Below are positions 32,671 through 42,015 of a stretch of 64,000 nucleotides of DNA, piece after piece. The number at the start of each line of letters is the position of its first letter. The first letter of the stretch is position 1. The notes under the pieces are model-generated. The model ran no database searches. It was not told the origin of the DNA and saw nothing but the letters and a program-made list of their open reading frames with translations. Source of the stretch: Spirochaetia bacterium (GTDB lineage Bacteria; Spirochaetota; Spirochaetia; SZUA-6; Bin103); contig OZ241907.1 in NCBI GenBank assembly GCA_965203515.1, positions 3,968,001 through 4,032,000 on the forward strand. The letters are read 5' to 3'. The translations under genes and the position numbers were made by a program.

Positions 32671-34016
32671 GAGTTGACCTGGATCGGATGACGCCGGCGC
32701 AGATCGTCGAGCAGCTCGATCGTTATATCGTCGGCCAGCACAAGGCCAAGCGGGCGGTCGCGATAGCGCTGCGCAACCGGATGCGCCGGCGCCGGTTGCC
32801 GAGCGATCTGCGCGATGAGATTTCGCCCAAGAACATCGTCATGATCGGGCCGACCGGCGTCGGCAAGACCGAGATCGCGCGCCGGCTTGCCAAGCTGTGC
32901 GGCGCGCCGTTCCTGAAGGTGGAAGCGACCAAGTATACCGAGGTCGGCTACGTCGGCCGCGACGTGGAGTCGATGATCCGCGACTTGACGTCGGTCGCGG
33001 TCGCCATGGTCAAGGCTGAGCAACAGGCCGGCGTCCAGGAGGAGGCGAGGCGCCGGGTCGAAGATCAACTGCTGGAGCTGCTGTTGCCGGGGCCGTCGAG
33101 CGCCGCGCCGGTGCGGGATGCTCCTGCCGCGGCGCCCGCCGGCAGCACCGCCGAAAAGCTGCGCGAAAAGCTGCGCGCCGGGGAGCTCGATGACCGCCCG
33201 GTGGAGGTGAGCCTCAGTTCGCAGCAGCCGCCCGCCGTCTCCATACTCTCCGGGCAGGGGGTCGAGGAGATGGACCTCAACTTCAACCTGCCGAACATCC
33301 TGGGCGGCAAGACCACGAAGAAGCGGAAGGCGTCGATCAAGCGGGCGCGGCAGTTGTTGATGAACGAAGAGATCGACCGCCTGGTCGACATGGAGCGGGT
33401 GTCGGAGCTGGCGATCGAACGCGTGCAGGAGATGGGGATCATCTTCCTGGACGAGCTGGACAAGATCGCCTCGCGAGAGGGGCGCACCGGAGTCGATGTC
33501 TCGCGGGAAGGCGTACAGCGCGACATCCTGCCGATCGTCGAAGGGAGCAAGGTGACCACGCGCTACGGAGTCGTCGATACCACGCACGTCCTGTTCATCG
33601 CCGCCGGAGCGTTCCACATGTCCAAGCCGTCGGATCTGATCCCCGAGCTGCAGGGCCGGTTCCCGATCCGCGTCGAGCTGCAGCAGCTCTCACGGGAGGA
33701 CTTCGAGCGCATCCTCACGCAGCCGGAAAACGCGTTGCTCAAGCAGTACTGCCAGTTGCTCGGCACCGAGGGCGTCGATCTCGACTTCACGCCGGAGGCG
33801 ATCTTGCGCATCTCGCAGGTGGCGACCGAGGTGAACGCCAATACCGAGAACATCGGCGCGCGCCGGCTGCACACGATCATGGAGCACATCCTCGAAGAGG
33901 TGTCGTTCCATGCGCCCGACGCCAAGGGTCAGAAGATCACGGTGACCGCCAAGTACGTCGATGAACGGCTCGCCGGTATCATCGAAGATCGGGACCTGAC
34001 ACGATTCATCCTGTAG
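32667..34016 (+). CDS. hslU: ATP-dependent protease ATPase HslU
   Basis: [51 protein letters not shown]-terminal RFIL. Confidence 0.97.
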   Translation: MRVDLDRMTPAQIVEQLDRYIVGQHKAKRAVAIALRNRMRRRRLPSDLRDEISPKNIVMIGPTGVGKTEIARRLAKLCGAPFLKVEATKYTEVGYVGRDVESMIRDLTSVAVAMVKAEQQAGVQEEARRRVEDQLLELLLPGPSSAAPVRDAPAAAPAGSTAEKLREKLRAGELDDRPVEVSLSSQQPPAVSILSGQGVEEMDLNFNLPNILGGKTTKKRKASIKRARQLLMNEEIDRLVDMERVSELAIERVQEMGIIFLDELDKIASREGRTGVDVSREGVQRDILPIVEGSKVTTRYGVVDTTHVLFIAAGAFHMSKPSDLIPELQGRFPIRVELQQLSREDFERILTQPENALLKQYCQLLGTEGVDLDFTPEAILRISQVATEVNANTENIGARRLHTIMEHILEEVSFHAPDAKGQKITVTAKYVDERLAGIIEDRDLTRFIL

Positions 34017-34112
34017 CGTAACCTTCGGAGCCGGGGATCGCCGCTGCGGCGGGCGGTCCGACCGACTGCTACCGCTCGCGCGCGCGTCTATCGACTCGGG
34101 GAGGGGATCGAT

Positions 34113-35564
34113 ATGAACGAGTGGTCCGGGAAGCTGATCGCACGCGCCCGGGCGTTGTGGACCCGCGGCGCTCCCGCCCGCGGGGTGCTGCAGACCGCGG
34201 CCGCCGCGGCCGTGACCGCGGCGGTGGTGCTGCTTGCCACGAGCGGCACGCGAGCCGCCGAAGTGCCGCTGTTCGGCATACCGATCGCGGATCAGGAAGA
34301 ACTGCACCGGATCGCCACCCGGCTCGACATGGAAGCGGTGAGCTACCGGATCGGCGACGATCAGCGCGTCTACGTCGCCGACGATCAGACGGCTCGGCGC
34401 GTGCGCGCCCTCCTGATCCGCGAAGACATGATTCCGGCGCAGACCGATCCGTGGTCGTTCTTCGACGTCGACCGCTTCTCCCGCACCGACTTCGAGCGCA
34501 GCGTCAACCTGCAGCGCGCGGTGACCGCCAATCTGGAACAGCACCTCCGGTCGATGGACGACATCGACGCGGCCAGCGTCACGATCGTGGTGCCGGAACG
34601 GCGCCTGTTCAGCGAGGAGCAGCGGCCGGTCACCGCGTCGATCGTGCTCACCCCGCACCCGGGCTCCGATCTCGCGCAGGCCCCGGGGAAGATCGCCGGC
34701 ATCCGGCGGCTGATCGCCTTCGCGGTCGCGGGGCTGGAGGCTCACAACATCGTCATCGTGGACAACCGCGGCAATCAGCTCGGCGGCGCCGGCGCGACCG
34801 GCGGGGCCGCGACCGGCGGCCCGGATCGCGCCGCGGCGGAACGGGACCTGCAGGCCATACTCGACCTGGAACGGGCCTACGAGCGGGAGGTGCTCGATGC
34901 GCTGGCGCGCATATTCACGCGCGACCGGGTGCAGATCGTGCGGCTCGATATAGACCTGCAGGCCGGCGGGCGGCTCGTCGGCGCCGGGGAGGCGGGGTCC
35001 GGTGCGGCCGATCCCGTCGATCGGCCGGCCGCCGTCGAGCGGACCGATCCCCGGGCGTTCCGCCGCGTCACCGCGGCGGTCGCCATCGACGGGGTATGGA
35101 GTCGTCTCTACGACCGGCGTGGAAACGTCGTCATCGGCTCCGATGCGAGCATCCGGCGCGAGTACACGCCGGTGAGCGACCGGGAGCTGGCGGTGGCGCG
35201 CCGGCTCATCGCCGATGCGATCGGCTTCGATGCGCGCCGCGGCGACTCGGTGACCGTCGAGCACCTGCAGTTCGATCGCAGCGAGCGATTCAGAGAAGAG
35301 GACGCCGCCTACCACCGGCAGCAGGCGCGGCGGCGGGCGCTCGCGCTAGGCGGAGCCGCCGCGGCCGCCGCGCTGCTGGCCCTGCTGCTCCGTCGGTCGG
35401 GTCTGTTGCGGCGCCGCCGCGCTCGCCGTGCCCACACCGCGAACGCCGCCGCGGCCGCCGAAGCCGGGCGGAGCGAGGAGCTGATCCGTCAGGCGGCCGC
35501 GCTGGCGCGCGAGCAGCCCGCCGAGGTAGCGCGCGTCCTGCGCGCGTGGCTCGTTCGGCGATGA
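34113..35564 (+). CDS. fliF: flagellar MS-ring protein FliF (shortened)
   Basis: N-terminal TM, DPWSFFDVDRFSRTDFERSVNLQRA, PERRLF..PVTASIVL, NIVIVDNRG, VTAAVAIDG, AIGFDARRGDSVTV, C-terminal PAEVARVLRAWL. Confidence 0.9.
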   Translation: MNEWSGKLIARARALWTRGAPARGVLQTAAAAAVTAAVVLLATSGTRAAEVPLFGIPIADQEELHRIATRLDMEAVSYRIGDDQRVYVADDQTARRVRALLIREDMIPAQTDPWSFFDVDRFSRTDFERSVNLQRAVTANLEQHLRSMDDIDAASVTIVVPERRLFSEEQRPVTASIVLTPHPGSDLAQAPGKIAGIRRLIAFAVAGLEAHNIVIVDNRGNQLGGAGATGGAATGGPDRAAAERDLQAILDLERAYEREVLDALARIFTRDRVQIVRLDIDLQAGGRLVGAGEAGSGAADPVDRPAAVERTDPRAFRRVTAAVAIDGVWSRLYDRRGNVVIGSDASIRREYTPVSDRELAVARRLIADAIGFDARRGDSVTVEHLQFDRSERFREEDAAYHRQQARRRALALGGAAAAAALLALLLRRSGLLRRRRARRAHTANAAAAAEAGRSEELIRQAAALAREQPAEVARVLRAWLVRR

Positions 35565-35578
35565 ACGCGGCCTGGACC

Positions 35579-35639
35579 CATGCCGGTGGCATGACGGGCA
35601 TGCCGGTGCATTGACGGGACACCGGTCCCGGGCTATGCT
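35579..35639 (+). promoter_or_regulatory. sigma70-type promoter upstream of fliO with an overlapping 20-bp tandem repeat
   Basis: TTGACG (35611-35616)-N17-TATGCT (35634-35639); CATGCCGGTGGCATGACGGG / CATGCCGGTGCATTGACGGG at 35579-35618. Confidence 0.6.
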
Positions 35640-35673
35640 ATGAACTTCGTTTCGGCGTCACTGGGAGGGGACA

Positions 35674-36201
35674 CTGAACAACGATCGATCGCGGTTCGGG
35701 TGCGTATTCGCGCCCCGGCTCCTGCTCTGTCTGCCGGCGTTGGCGGCCTGGGCGTACGCGGCGCTGCCGGCCGCGGCGCAGGCTCCCGCGGCGTTGCCGG
35801 CCGAAGAGGCAACGCCGTTGCCCGCGGCGGGCGATCCGGGGGATGGCGTAGCGCCGGGACCGGTGATCTCCACCTGGGATTTCGTGCGCATGGTGCTGCT
35901 CCTGGCAGCCGTGGTGGCGGCCATCTACGTCCTGTCTCTGGTGCTGCGCAAGGTGGCGGGCGGCCGCGTGGAAGATCGCGGCCTGATCCGCGTCCTGGAC
36001 TCCAAGACGCTGGCGCCGGGGCGTTCCCTGCATCTGGTGCGGGTGGCGGACCAGACCTATCTGGTCGGATGCAGCGAGAGGTCCGTCAGCATGGTGCCGG
36101 CTATCCCGGCGCCGGGAGCGGTGGACGTCGCCGGCGCGGCCGGAACCGCGGCGCGGAGGACGGGCCGCGAGCGGCCGCCGGCCGCACGGGACGGTACCTG
36201 A
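35674..36201 (+). CDS. fliO: flagellar export chaperone FliO (spirochaete FliZ type); CTG start inferred
   Basis: WDFVRMVLLLAAVVAAIY TM then IRVLDSKTLAPGRSLHLVRV..YLVG; SD GGGAGG before CTG at 35674. Confidence 0.85.
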   Translation: MNNDRSRFGCVFAPRLLLCLPALAAWAYAALPAAAQAPAALPAEEATPLPAAGDPGDGVAPGPVISTWDFVRMVLLLAAVVAAIYVLSLVLRKVAGGRVEDRGLIRVLDSKTLAPGRSLHLVRVADQTYLVGCSERSVSMVPAIPAPGAVDVAGAAGTAARRTGRERPPAARDGT

Positions 36202-36972
36202 GTGCGGGGCCGCGGCATGCGGCTGACGTTGGTCGCGGCGGTCGTGCTGCTGCCCGTGTCCGCGGCGGCGCAGGACGCCGGCGGCGGGTTCGCGCTGCCG
36301 TTCGTGGACCTGTCGATACGCGACGCCCGGTCCAATCAGGAGCTCGCGCAGTCGCTGCAGCTCGTGCTGCTGCTGTCGGTGCTGGCGCTGGCGCCGTCGC
36401 TGCTCATCCTGACCACCTCGTTCCTGCGCATCGCGATCGTCTTCGACTTCATCAAGCGGGCGCTCTCATTGCAGCAGGTGCCGCCCAATCAGGTGCTGAT
36501 GGGCATCGCGCTGATCCTGACCCTGTTCATCATGTGGCCGACCTTCGAGCGCATCTATCGCGATGCGGTGCAGCCGTTCACCGCCGGCGAGCTCGATACC
36601 GAGGAGCTGTTCGAACGCGCCGAAGGGCCGTTGCGTCACTTCATGTTCCAGCAACTCGGCGACGATCTGGACGACGTGCGGCTGTTCATGAACCTGCGCC
36701 GGCTGCCGCGTCCGGCCACGCGCGCGGACGTGCCCACCTACGTGCTGGTGCCCGCGTTCATCCTGCACGAGCTGACCGTCGCCTTCAAGATCGGCATCCT
36801 GATCTTCATCCCGTTCGTGGTGATCGACTTGGTGGTGGCCGCCACGCTGGTCTCGATGGGGATCATCGTGCTGCCGCCGATGCTGATCTCGCTGCCGTTC
36901 AAGTTGATGCTCTTCGTCCTCGTCGACGGTTGGGGACTGCTGACGATGGAGATCGTGCGGAGCTTCGCATGA
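36202..36972 (+). CDS. fliP: export gate protein FliP
   Basis: LAPSLLILTTSFLRIAIV, PPNQVL, PAFILHEL, PFVVIDLVVA, ISLPFKLMLFVLVDGW. Confidence 0.96.
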   Translation: MRGRGMRLTLVAAVVLLPVSAAAQDAGGGFALPFVDLSIRDARSNQELAQSLQLVLLLSVLALAPSLLILTTSFLRIAIVFDFIKRALSLQQVPPNQVLMGIALILTLFIMWPTFERIYRDAVQPFTAGELDTEELFERAEGPLRHFMFQQLGDDLDDVRLFMNLRRLPRPATRADVPTYVLVPAFILHELTVAFKIGILIFIPFVVIDLVVAATLVSMGIIVLPPMLISLPFKLMLFVLVDGWGLLTMEIVRSFA

Positions 36973-36982
36973 AGCGCTACCG

Positions 36983-37246
36983 ATGACGCTGGGCAGCGCG
37001 GCCGCCATCCTGCGATCGGCCGTCATGGAGCTGGGGACCATCGCGGCGCCGATCCTGCTGGCGAGCCTGGCGGTTGGACTCATCGTGTCGATCCTGCAGG
37101 CGGCCACCTCGATCCAGGAACCGACGCTGTCGTTCGTTCCGAAGATCGCGGCGGTGCTGGGGGTGCTCCTGCTGCTCGGTCCGTGGCTGGCGACCTCCAT
37201 GATCGACTACACGCGCGCGCTCTTCCGGAGCATCTCCACCCTGTGA
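36983..37246 (+). CDS. fliQ: export gate protein FliQ
   Basis: GLIVSILQAATSIQEPTLSFVPK. Confidence 0.95.
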   Translation: MTLGSAAAILRSAVMELGTIAAPILLASLAVGLIVSILQAATSIQEPTLSFVPKIAAVLGVLLLLGPWLATSMIDYTRALFRSISTL

Positions 37247-38049
37247 TCGACCTGTCGGTGATCGACCAGGCGCTTGGGGACTTGCGGTTGAGCGTGCTGG
37301 TGTTGGCTCGCATCGCGGCGATGGTGTTCACCATGCCGGTGATCTCCTCGCGCGCGGTGCCGGCGGTCGGCAGAATCGGGCTGGCGGTGTTCGTCACCGC
37401 GGCGACGACCCCCGCGGTGGCCGGTTCCGGCTATCCCGTGCCGGCGGACGACGTGCGCTTTCTCCTGACCGCGGCCGGCGAGGCGCTCATCGGCGTGGTG
37501 ATCGGCCTGTTCGTCACCGTGACCTTCACCGCCATGCAGGCGGCGGGCCGCCTGGCGTCGCTGCACGTCGGCGTCGGGGCCGCGCAGGTCTTCGACCCGT
37601 TGGCGCGGGAACCGGAGCCGCCGCTGGGCCAGTTCTTCCATCTGATGGCGGTCTTCGTGTTCCTCGTCACCGGTGCGGTGCACCGGCTGTTTCTGCTCGG
37701 CGTGTCGCGGTCGTTCGGATGGGTGCGTCCCGGCGATCTGGCGCGGGCGCAGACCGAGATGCTGGAGCTGTTCGCCTACAGCGTGGGCCGGTTGCTGGAG
37801 TCCGCGCTGACGATCGCGTTGCCGATCCTGGGCACGATGGTGCTGGTGTCGGTAGCGCTCGGGCTCGTGACCAGGACGGCGCCGGCGCTCAACGCGTTGG
37901 TGCTGGGGCTGCCGGTGTCGATCGGCGTCGGGCTGCTGGTGCTGGCGATCGCGATACCGTTTCTGCTGGAGGCGTTCGCGGCGGTGCTCGACGCCGCCTT
38001 CGCAAGGATCGGCTCCTTTCTGGACGTGATCGGCGGGGTGCGCCGGTAG
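37243..38049 (+). CDS. fliR: export gate protein FliR
   Basis: LARI..P, GEALIG, AQVFDP, IALPI, RTAPALNALVLGLPV; GTG overlaps the fliQ stop. Confidence 0.92.
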   Translation: MIDLSVIDQALGDLRLSVLVLARIAAMVFTMPVISSRAVPAVGRIGLAVFVTAATTPAVAGSGYPVPADDVRFLLTAAGEALIGVVIGLFVTVTFTAMQAAGRLASLHVGVGAAQVFDPLAREPEPPLGQFFHLMAVFVFLVTGAVHRLFLLGVSRSFGWVRPGDLARAQTEMLELFAYSVGRLLESALTIALPILGTMVLVSVALGLVTRTAPALNALVLGLPVSIGVGLLVLAIAIPFLLEAFAAVLDAAFARIGSFLDVIGGVRR

Positions 38050-38059
38050 GCATGCACGG

Positions 38060-38845
38060 ATGAGGTCGTTCTTGGCGGGCGACGGCGCGCGCACCGAGGA
38101 GCCGACCGCCCATCGGCTGCGCCGCGCGCGCGCAGAGGGCATGGTGGCGCGTTCGGCGGAGCTGTCGGCCGCGTGCGTGCTGCTGTTCGGCGTGGCGGCG
38201 GTGGCGGCGACCGCGCGCCCGCTGCTGTCGGGCGCGGTCGATCTGGTGCGCTTCTTTCTGACGGAAGCGGCGGCGCGGGACGTCACGCAGGATTCGACCG
38301 CCGTCGCCATCGCGCTGCGCGCTCTGGTCGCCATGGTCGCTCCGGTGGCGGCGGTCGCGTTTCTCGCCGGGCTCGGCGCCGACCTGCTGCAAGTGGGTGT
38401 CCGGTTCAGCGTACGGCCGATCACGCCGGACCTGCGTCGAGTCGCTCCGCGTCCGGGCCGGCGCCTGCGCGCCGTCTTTACGGCGGATGCGGGCTTCGAC
38501 CTGGCCATGGCGGTCGTGCGGGTCGGACTGGTCGGCGGCGTCGCCGTTCTCAACATCCGCGCCGAACTGGCGACGCTGACCGGCATGGCCGGCGCGCCGC
38601 TCGCGCCGTCGCTGGCGCTGGTCGCCCACCTCGCGTTTCGCATCGCCGTGCAGAGCGCGGCGGCGCTGCTGCTGGCCGGCGCCGCCGCGCTCCTGTGGCG
38701 CCGCTACCGGCACCGGCGGGCGCTGCGCATGACGCCGCGCGAGGTGGCCGAGGAGCGGCGGCGGCTCGAAGGCGATGCTCGGACGCGCCGCGGCTTCGCC
38801 GAGCGCAGCCGGCAGGCATGGGGCCGCTCGCCATGGCCGAAGTGA
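38060..38845 (+). CDS. flhB: export switch protein FlhB, lacking the C-terminal NPTH/cytoplasmic domain
   Basis: RTEEPTAHRLRRARAEGMVARSAEL N-terminus, TM region, LRMTPREVAEERRRLEGD, then a stop overlapping flhA; no NPTH. Confidence 0.88.
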   Translation: MRSFLAGDGARTEEPTAHRLRRARAEGMVARSAELSAACVLLFGVAAVAATARPLLSGAVDLVRFFLTEAAARDVTQDSTAVAIALRALVAMVAPVAAVAFLAGLGADLLQVGVRFSVRPITPDLRRVAPRPGRRLRAVFTADAGFDLAMAVVRVGLVGGVAVLNIRAELATLTGMAGAPLAPSLALVAHLAFRIAVQSAAALLLAGAAALLWRRYRHRRALRMTPREVAEERRRLEGDARTRRGFAERSRQAWGRSPWPK

Positions 38846-41013
38846 CGCCGCGCGGCTGGCAGCAGCGCAGCGAGGTGCTCGTGGCGCTGTTCGTGATCGC
38901 ATGCGTGGCCATGCTGGTGATCCCGTTGCCGGCGTTCGTGCTCGACCTCTTCATGGCCGTGAACATCGCCGCCAGCCTGCTTACGGTCCTGATCGTCCTG
39001 TACAACCGGAACGCCATCGACTTCGCGGCGTTTCCGACCCTGCTGCTGTTCGCGGCGGTGTTCGGTCTGGCGCTCAACGTCTCCTCCACCCGGCTCATCC
39101 TGGCGGAGGGCTCCGGCTTCTCGGGACAGATCGTGCGCGCGTTCGGTACCTTCGTGGTCGGCTCTCCGGGCGCGGCCGGATACGTGATCGGTCTGATCAT
39201 CTTCATCCTCGTCATCGCCGTGCAGTTCGTGGTCATCACCAAGGGGGCGGCCCGCGTCGCCGAGGTTGCCGCCCGCTTCACGCTGGAAGCGCTGCCGGGC
39301 AGGCAGATGGCGATCGACTCGGAGTACGGCGCCGGTCTGATCGGCCCGGAGGAGGCCGCCGCCCGGAAGGCCGAGCTGCAGCGGCGCTCGGACTTCTACG
39401 GCGCGATGGACGGCGCCTGCAAGTTCGTCTCCGGCAACGTGCGGGTCGGCATCCTCATCACGGCGGTCAACATCGCCGGCGGACTCATCGTCGGTACCAC
39501 CATCCACGGCGAGTCGTGGCGGGTCGCCGTCGACACCTACGTCGCCCTGACCATCGGCGACGGTTTGGTGACGCAGCTACCGGCGCTGCTCATCTCCACC
39601 GCGACCGGCGTGATCGTCACGCGCAGCGCGGAACGGACCTCCCTGGGCGCCGAGGTCGTGCGCCAGTTCGCGCAGCAGGACCGGCCGTACTGGATCGCCG
39701 CGGCGGCGCTGGCGGTGCTGGGGCTCCTGCCCGGCTTCCCGTGGTACGTGCTGCTGCCGTTGGCGGCGGGGCTGGCGGCGCTCGCCCTCAAGCTGCGCGG
39801 CCGGCGCGCCGCGGCGGCCGGAGCGGGGGCGGCCGGAGCGGCGGCCGGAACGCCGGCTGAAACGCCGGCCGCCGCCGAGCGCGGCGCCGCGTATGCTTCG
39901 CGCGACGCGACGGCGGCGCAGCGACCGGCGGTCCGGCCGTCACCGGTGGCGCCGCCGGACCCGCTGTCCCTCGATCTCGGCTACGCGCTGATCCCGTTGG
40001 CCGACGCGCAGCGCGGCGCCGAGCTGTTGGAACGGATCGGCGCCGTACGCCGCCGGATCGCGCAGGAGCTGGGACTGGCGGTGCCCAAAGTCGGCGTGCG
40101 AGACGACGGCAACCTGCGGCCGCCCGAGTACCGATTCCGCATCCGGGGCACGTCGGCCGGCGGCGGGACGATCCGGGTCGGCTGCTACCTGGCAGTGCCG
40201 CCGGCTCACGGCGCGGCTACGCTGCCCGGAACGCCCGTCATCCATCCCGCCTGCGACCGGCCGGCGTGGTGGATCGCCGATGAGGAGCTGGCGCAGGCCG
40301 AGCGGCTCGGCTTTTCGGTCGTCGATCCGCAGGCGCTGATCGCCGATCATCTGTGCGGGGTGATCAGGCGGCGCGCCGCCGACCTGCTGGGCCGCGAAGC
40401 GGTCAAGGAGCTGCTGGACGAGGCGCGCGTCGACTACCCGACGGCGGTGGAAGAGGCGACCGCGGCGCTTTCGATCGGACAGATACAGAGGGTGCTGCGG
40501 GGCCTCCTGTCCGAAGAGGTATCGATCCGCGATCTGGTCTCGATCCTGGAGACGCTGGCCGACCATGCGGCGGAGTCGACCGACCCGCGTCCGTTGATCG
40601 AACACGTGCGGCGGGCGCTCGGTCGGCAGATCTGCGAGCAGCACGCCGAGGACGGACGTACCTTGCGCGTGATCACCGTTCACCCGGACGTGGAGCGGCG
40701 GATCGCAGCGGCCGCGCCGAGGAACGGAATCCGGCCGGCCGGCGCGCCGGCCTTGGCGGAGGAATCGACCGCCGCTGCGGAGGAATGGACCGCCGCGGTG
40801 GCCGCCCGCGTCGCGGAAGCGGGCCGGAGCGGCTGGTCCCCGGCGCTTCTGTGCTCGCCCGGCGTGCGCGCTTCGATGCGCGCCGGCATCTCGCCGTCGC
40901 TGCCGCGGCTGGCGGTGCTCTCGCGGCTCGAGATCGCCCCTGAGATCGAGGTGGTCGAGCTGGGTCAGGTGGAGCCGGCCGCGGGCGGCCGTGCGGAAGC
41001 GGCGGTACGCTGA
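38833..41013 (+). CDS. flhA: export apparatus protein FlhA
   Basis: FPTLLL, LNVSSTRLIL, VITKGAARVAEVAARFTL, FYGAMDG, TIGDGLVTQLPALLIS, LLSEEVSIRDL..ILETL. Confidence 0.96.
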   Translation: MAEVTPRGWQQRSEVLVALFVIACVAMLVIPLPAFVLDLFMAVNIAASLLTVLIVLYNRNAIDFAAFPTLLLFAAVFGLALNVSSTRLILAEGSGFSGQIVRAFGTFVVGSPGAAGYVIGLIIFILVIAVQFVVITKGAARVAEVAARFTLEALPGRQMAIDSEYGAGLIGPEEAAARKAELQRRSDFYGAMDGACKFVSGNVRVGILITAVNIAGGLIVGTTIHGESWRVAVDTYVALTIGDGLVTQLPALLISTATGVIVTRSAERTSLGAEVVRQFAQQDRPYWIAAAALAVLGLLPGFPWYVLLPLAAGLAALALKLRGRRAAAAGAGAAGAAAGTPAETPAAAERGAAYASRDATAAQRPAVRPSPVAPPDPLSLDLGYALIPLADAQRGAELLERIGAVRRRIAQELGLAVPKVGVRDDGNLRPPEYRFRIRGTSAGGGTIRVGCYLAVPPAHGAATLPGTPVIHPACDRPAWWIADEELAQAERLGFSVVDPQALIADHLCGVIRRRAADLLGREAVKELLDEARVDYPTAVEEATAALSIGQIQRVLRGLLSEEVSIRDLVSILETLADHAAESTDPRPLIEHVRRALGRQICEQHAEDGRTLRVITVHPDVERRIAAAAPRNGIRPAGAPALAEESTAAAEEWTAAVAARVAEAGRSGWSPALLCSPGVRASMRAGISPSLPRLAVLSRLEIAPEIEVVELGQVEPAAGGRAEAAVR

Positions 41014-41101
41014 CGGTGTTTCGTGCGGCCCCAGGCGCTCCGCGGGCTCCTCTGTCGACCTCCGGGCAGGAGGTAGCGTACGCTGATGTATACATGCGAA
41101 C

Positions 41102-41977
41102 ATGGCGTCAGATCAAAGGGATTGGGAGACCGATGACGACGTCAGAGGGAAGCCGCGGCAGCGATCCGCGGGGGGCGGTGCGCGGGTGACCAAGGCGGAC
41201 ACGTGTTGGCGGAAGATGCCGGAGAACGATCTGTGGCAGCGGTACCGCAGGAAGCGGGAGCCGGCGATCCGTGCGTACTTCGTACATCAGTACGCGCCGC
41301 TGGTGAAGTACGTGGCGGGCCGGGTCGCGATCGGCATGCCGAGCGCCGTCGACTTCGACGACCTGGTGCAGTGCGGGATGTTCGGGCTGTTCGACGCCAT
41401 CAGCAAGTTCGATCCCACCAAGCACGTGAAGTTCAAGACGTACGCGGTCACCCGCATCAGGGGCGCGATTTTCGACGAGCTGCGCGCGATCGACTGGATA
41501 CCGCGTTCGGTGCGGCAGAAGGCGCGCGAGGTGGAGGACACGGTCCGCGACCTGGAGGCCAGCCTGGGGCGGGCGGCGACCGATGAGGAGATCGCCGGCG
41601 GCATGGGCGTCACCGTGCAGGAGTTTCAGCGCATCCTGGTGCGGATCGCCGGCACCGCGGTGGTATCGTTGAACGACGTGTGGCACGGCGGCGAGGACGA
41701 GGACCGCGTCTCGATCGAGGACAACATAGAGTCCCCGAGCGAATCGGGGCCGGCGACGATCGTGGAGAAGGAAGAGATCAGGCGGGTGATCGTAGAGGCG
41801 ATCAAGGAGCTGCCGGAGAACGAACAGCAGGTACTGGTGCTCTACTACTACGAGGAGCTGACCCTCAAGGAGATCGGTCAGGTGCTGGAAGTGACCGAGT
41901 CCCGGGTGTCACAGCTCCACACCAAGGCGCGTCTTCGCCTGCGCACGAAGCTCACCAACGTCAAGCGCGGCATCTGA
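41102..41977 (+). CDS. fliA: sigma-28 family RNA polymerase sigma factor (FliA/WhiG)
   Basis: YAPLVKYVAGR, FKTYAVTRIRGAIFDELRAIDWIPRSVR, YYEELTLKEIG..VTESRVSQLH. Confidence 0.95.
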   Translation: MASDQRDWETDDDVRGKPRQRSAGGGARVTKADTCWRKMPENDLWQRYRRKREPAIRAYFVHQYAPLVKYVAGRVAIGMPSAVDFDDLVQCGMFGLFDAISKFDPTKHVKFKTYAVTRIRGAIFDELRAIDWIPRSVRQKAREVEDTVRDLEASLGRAATDEEIAGGMGVTVQEFQRILVRIAGTAVVSLNDVWHGGEDEDRVSIEDNIESPSESGPATIVEKEEIRRVIVEAIKELPENEQQVLVLYYYEELTLKEIGQVLEVTESRVSQLHTKARLRLRTKLTNVKRGI

Positions 41978-42015
41978 GGCCGGAACGGCCACTGACGCGC
42001 GTCGGACCGCGCCGG

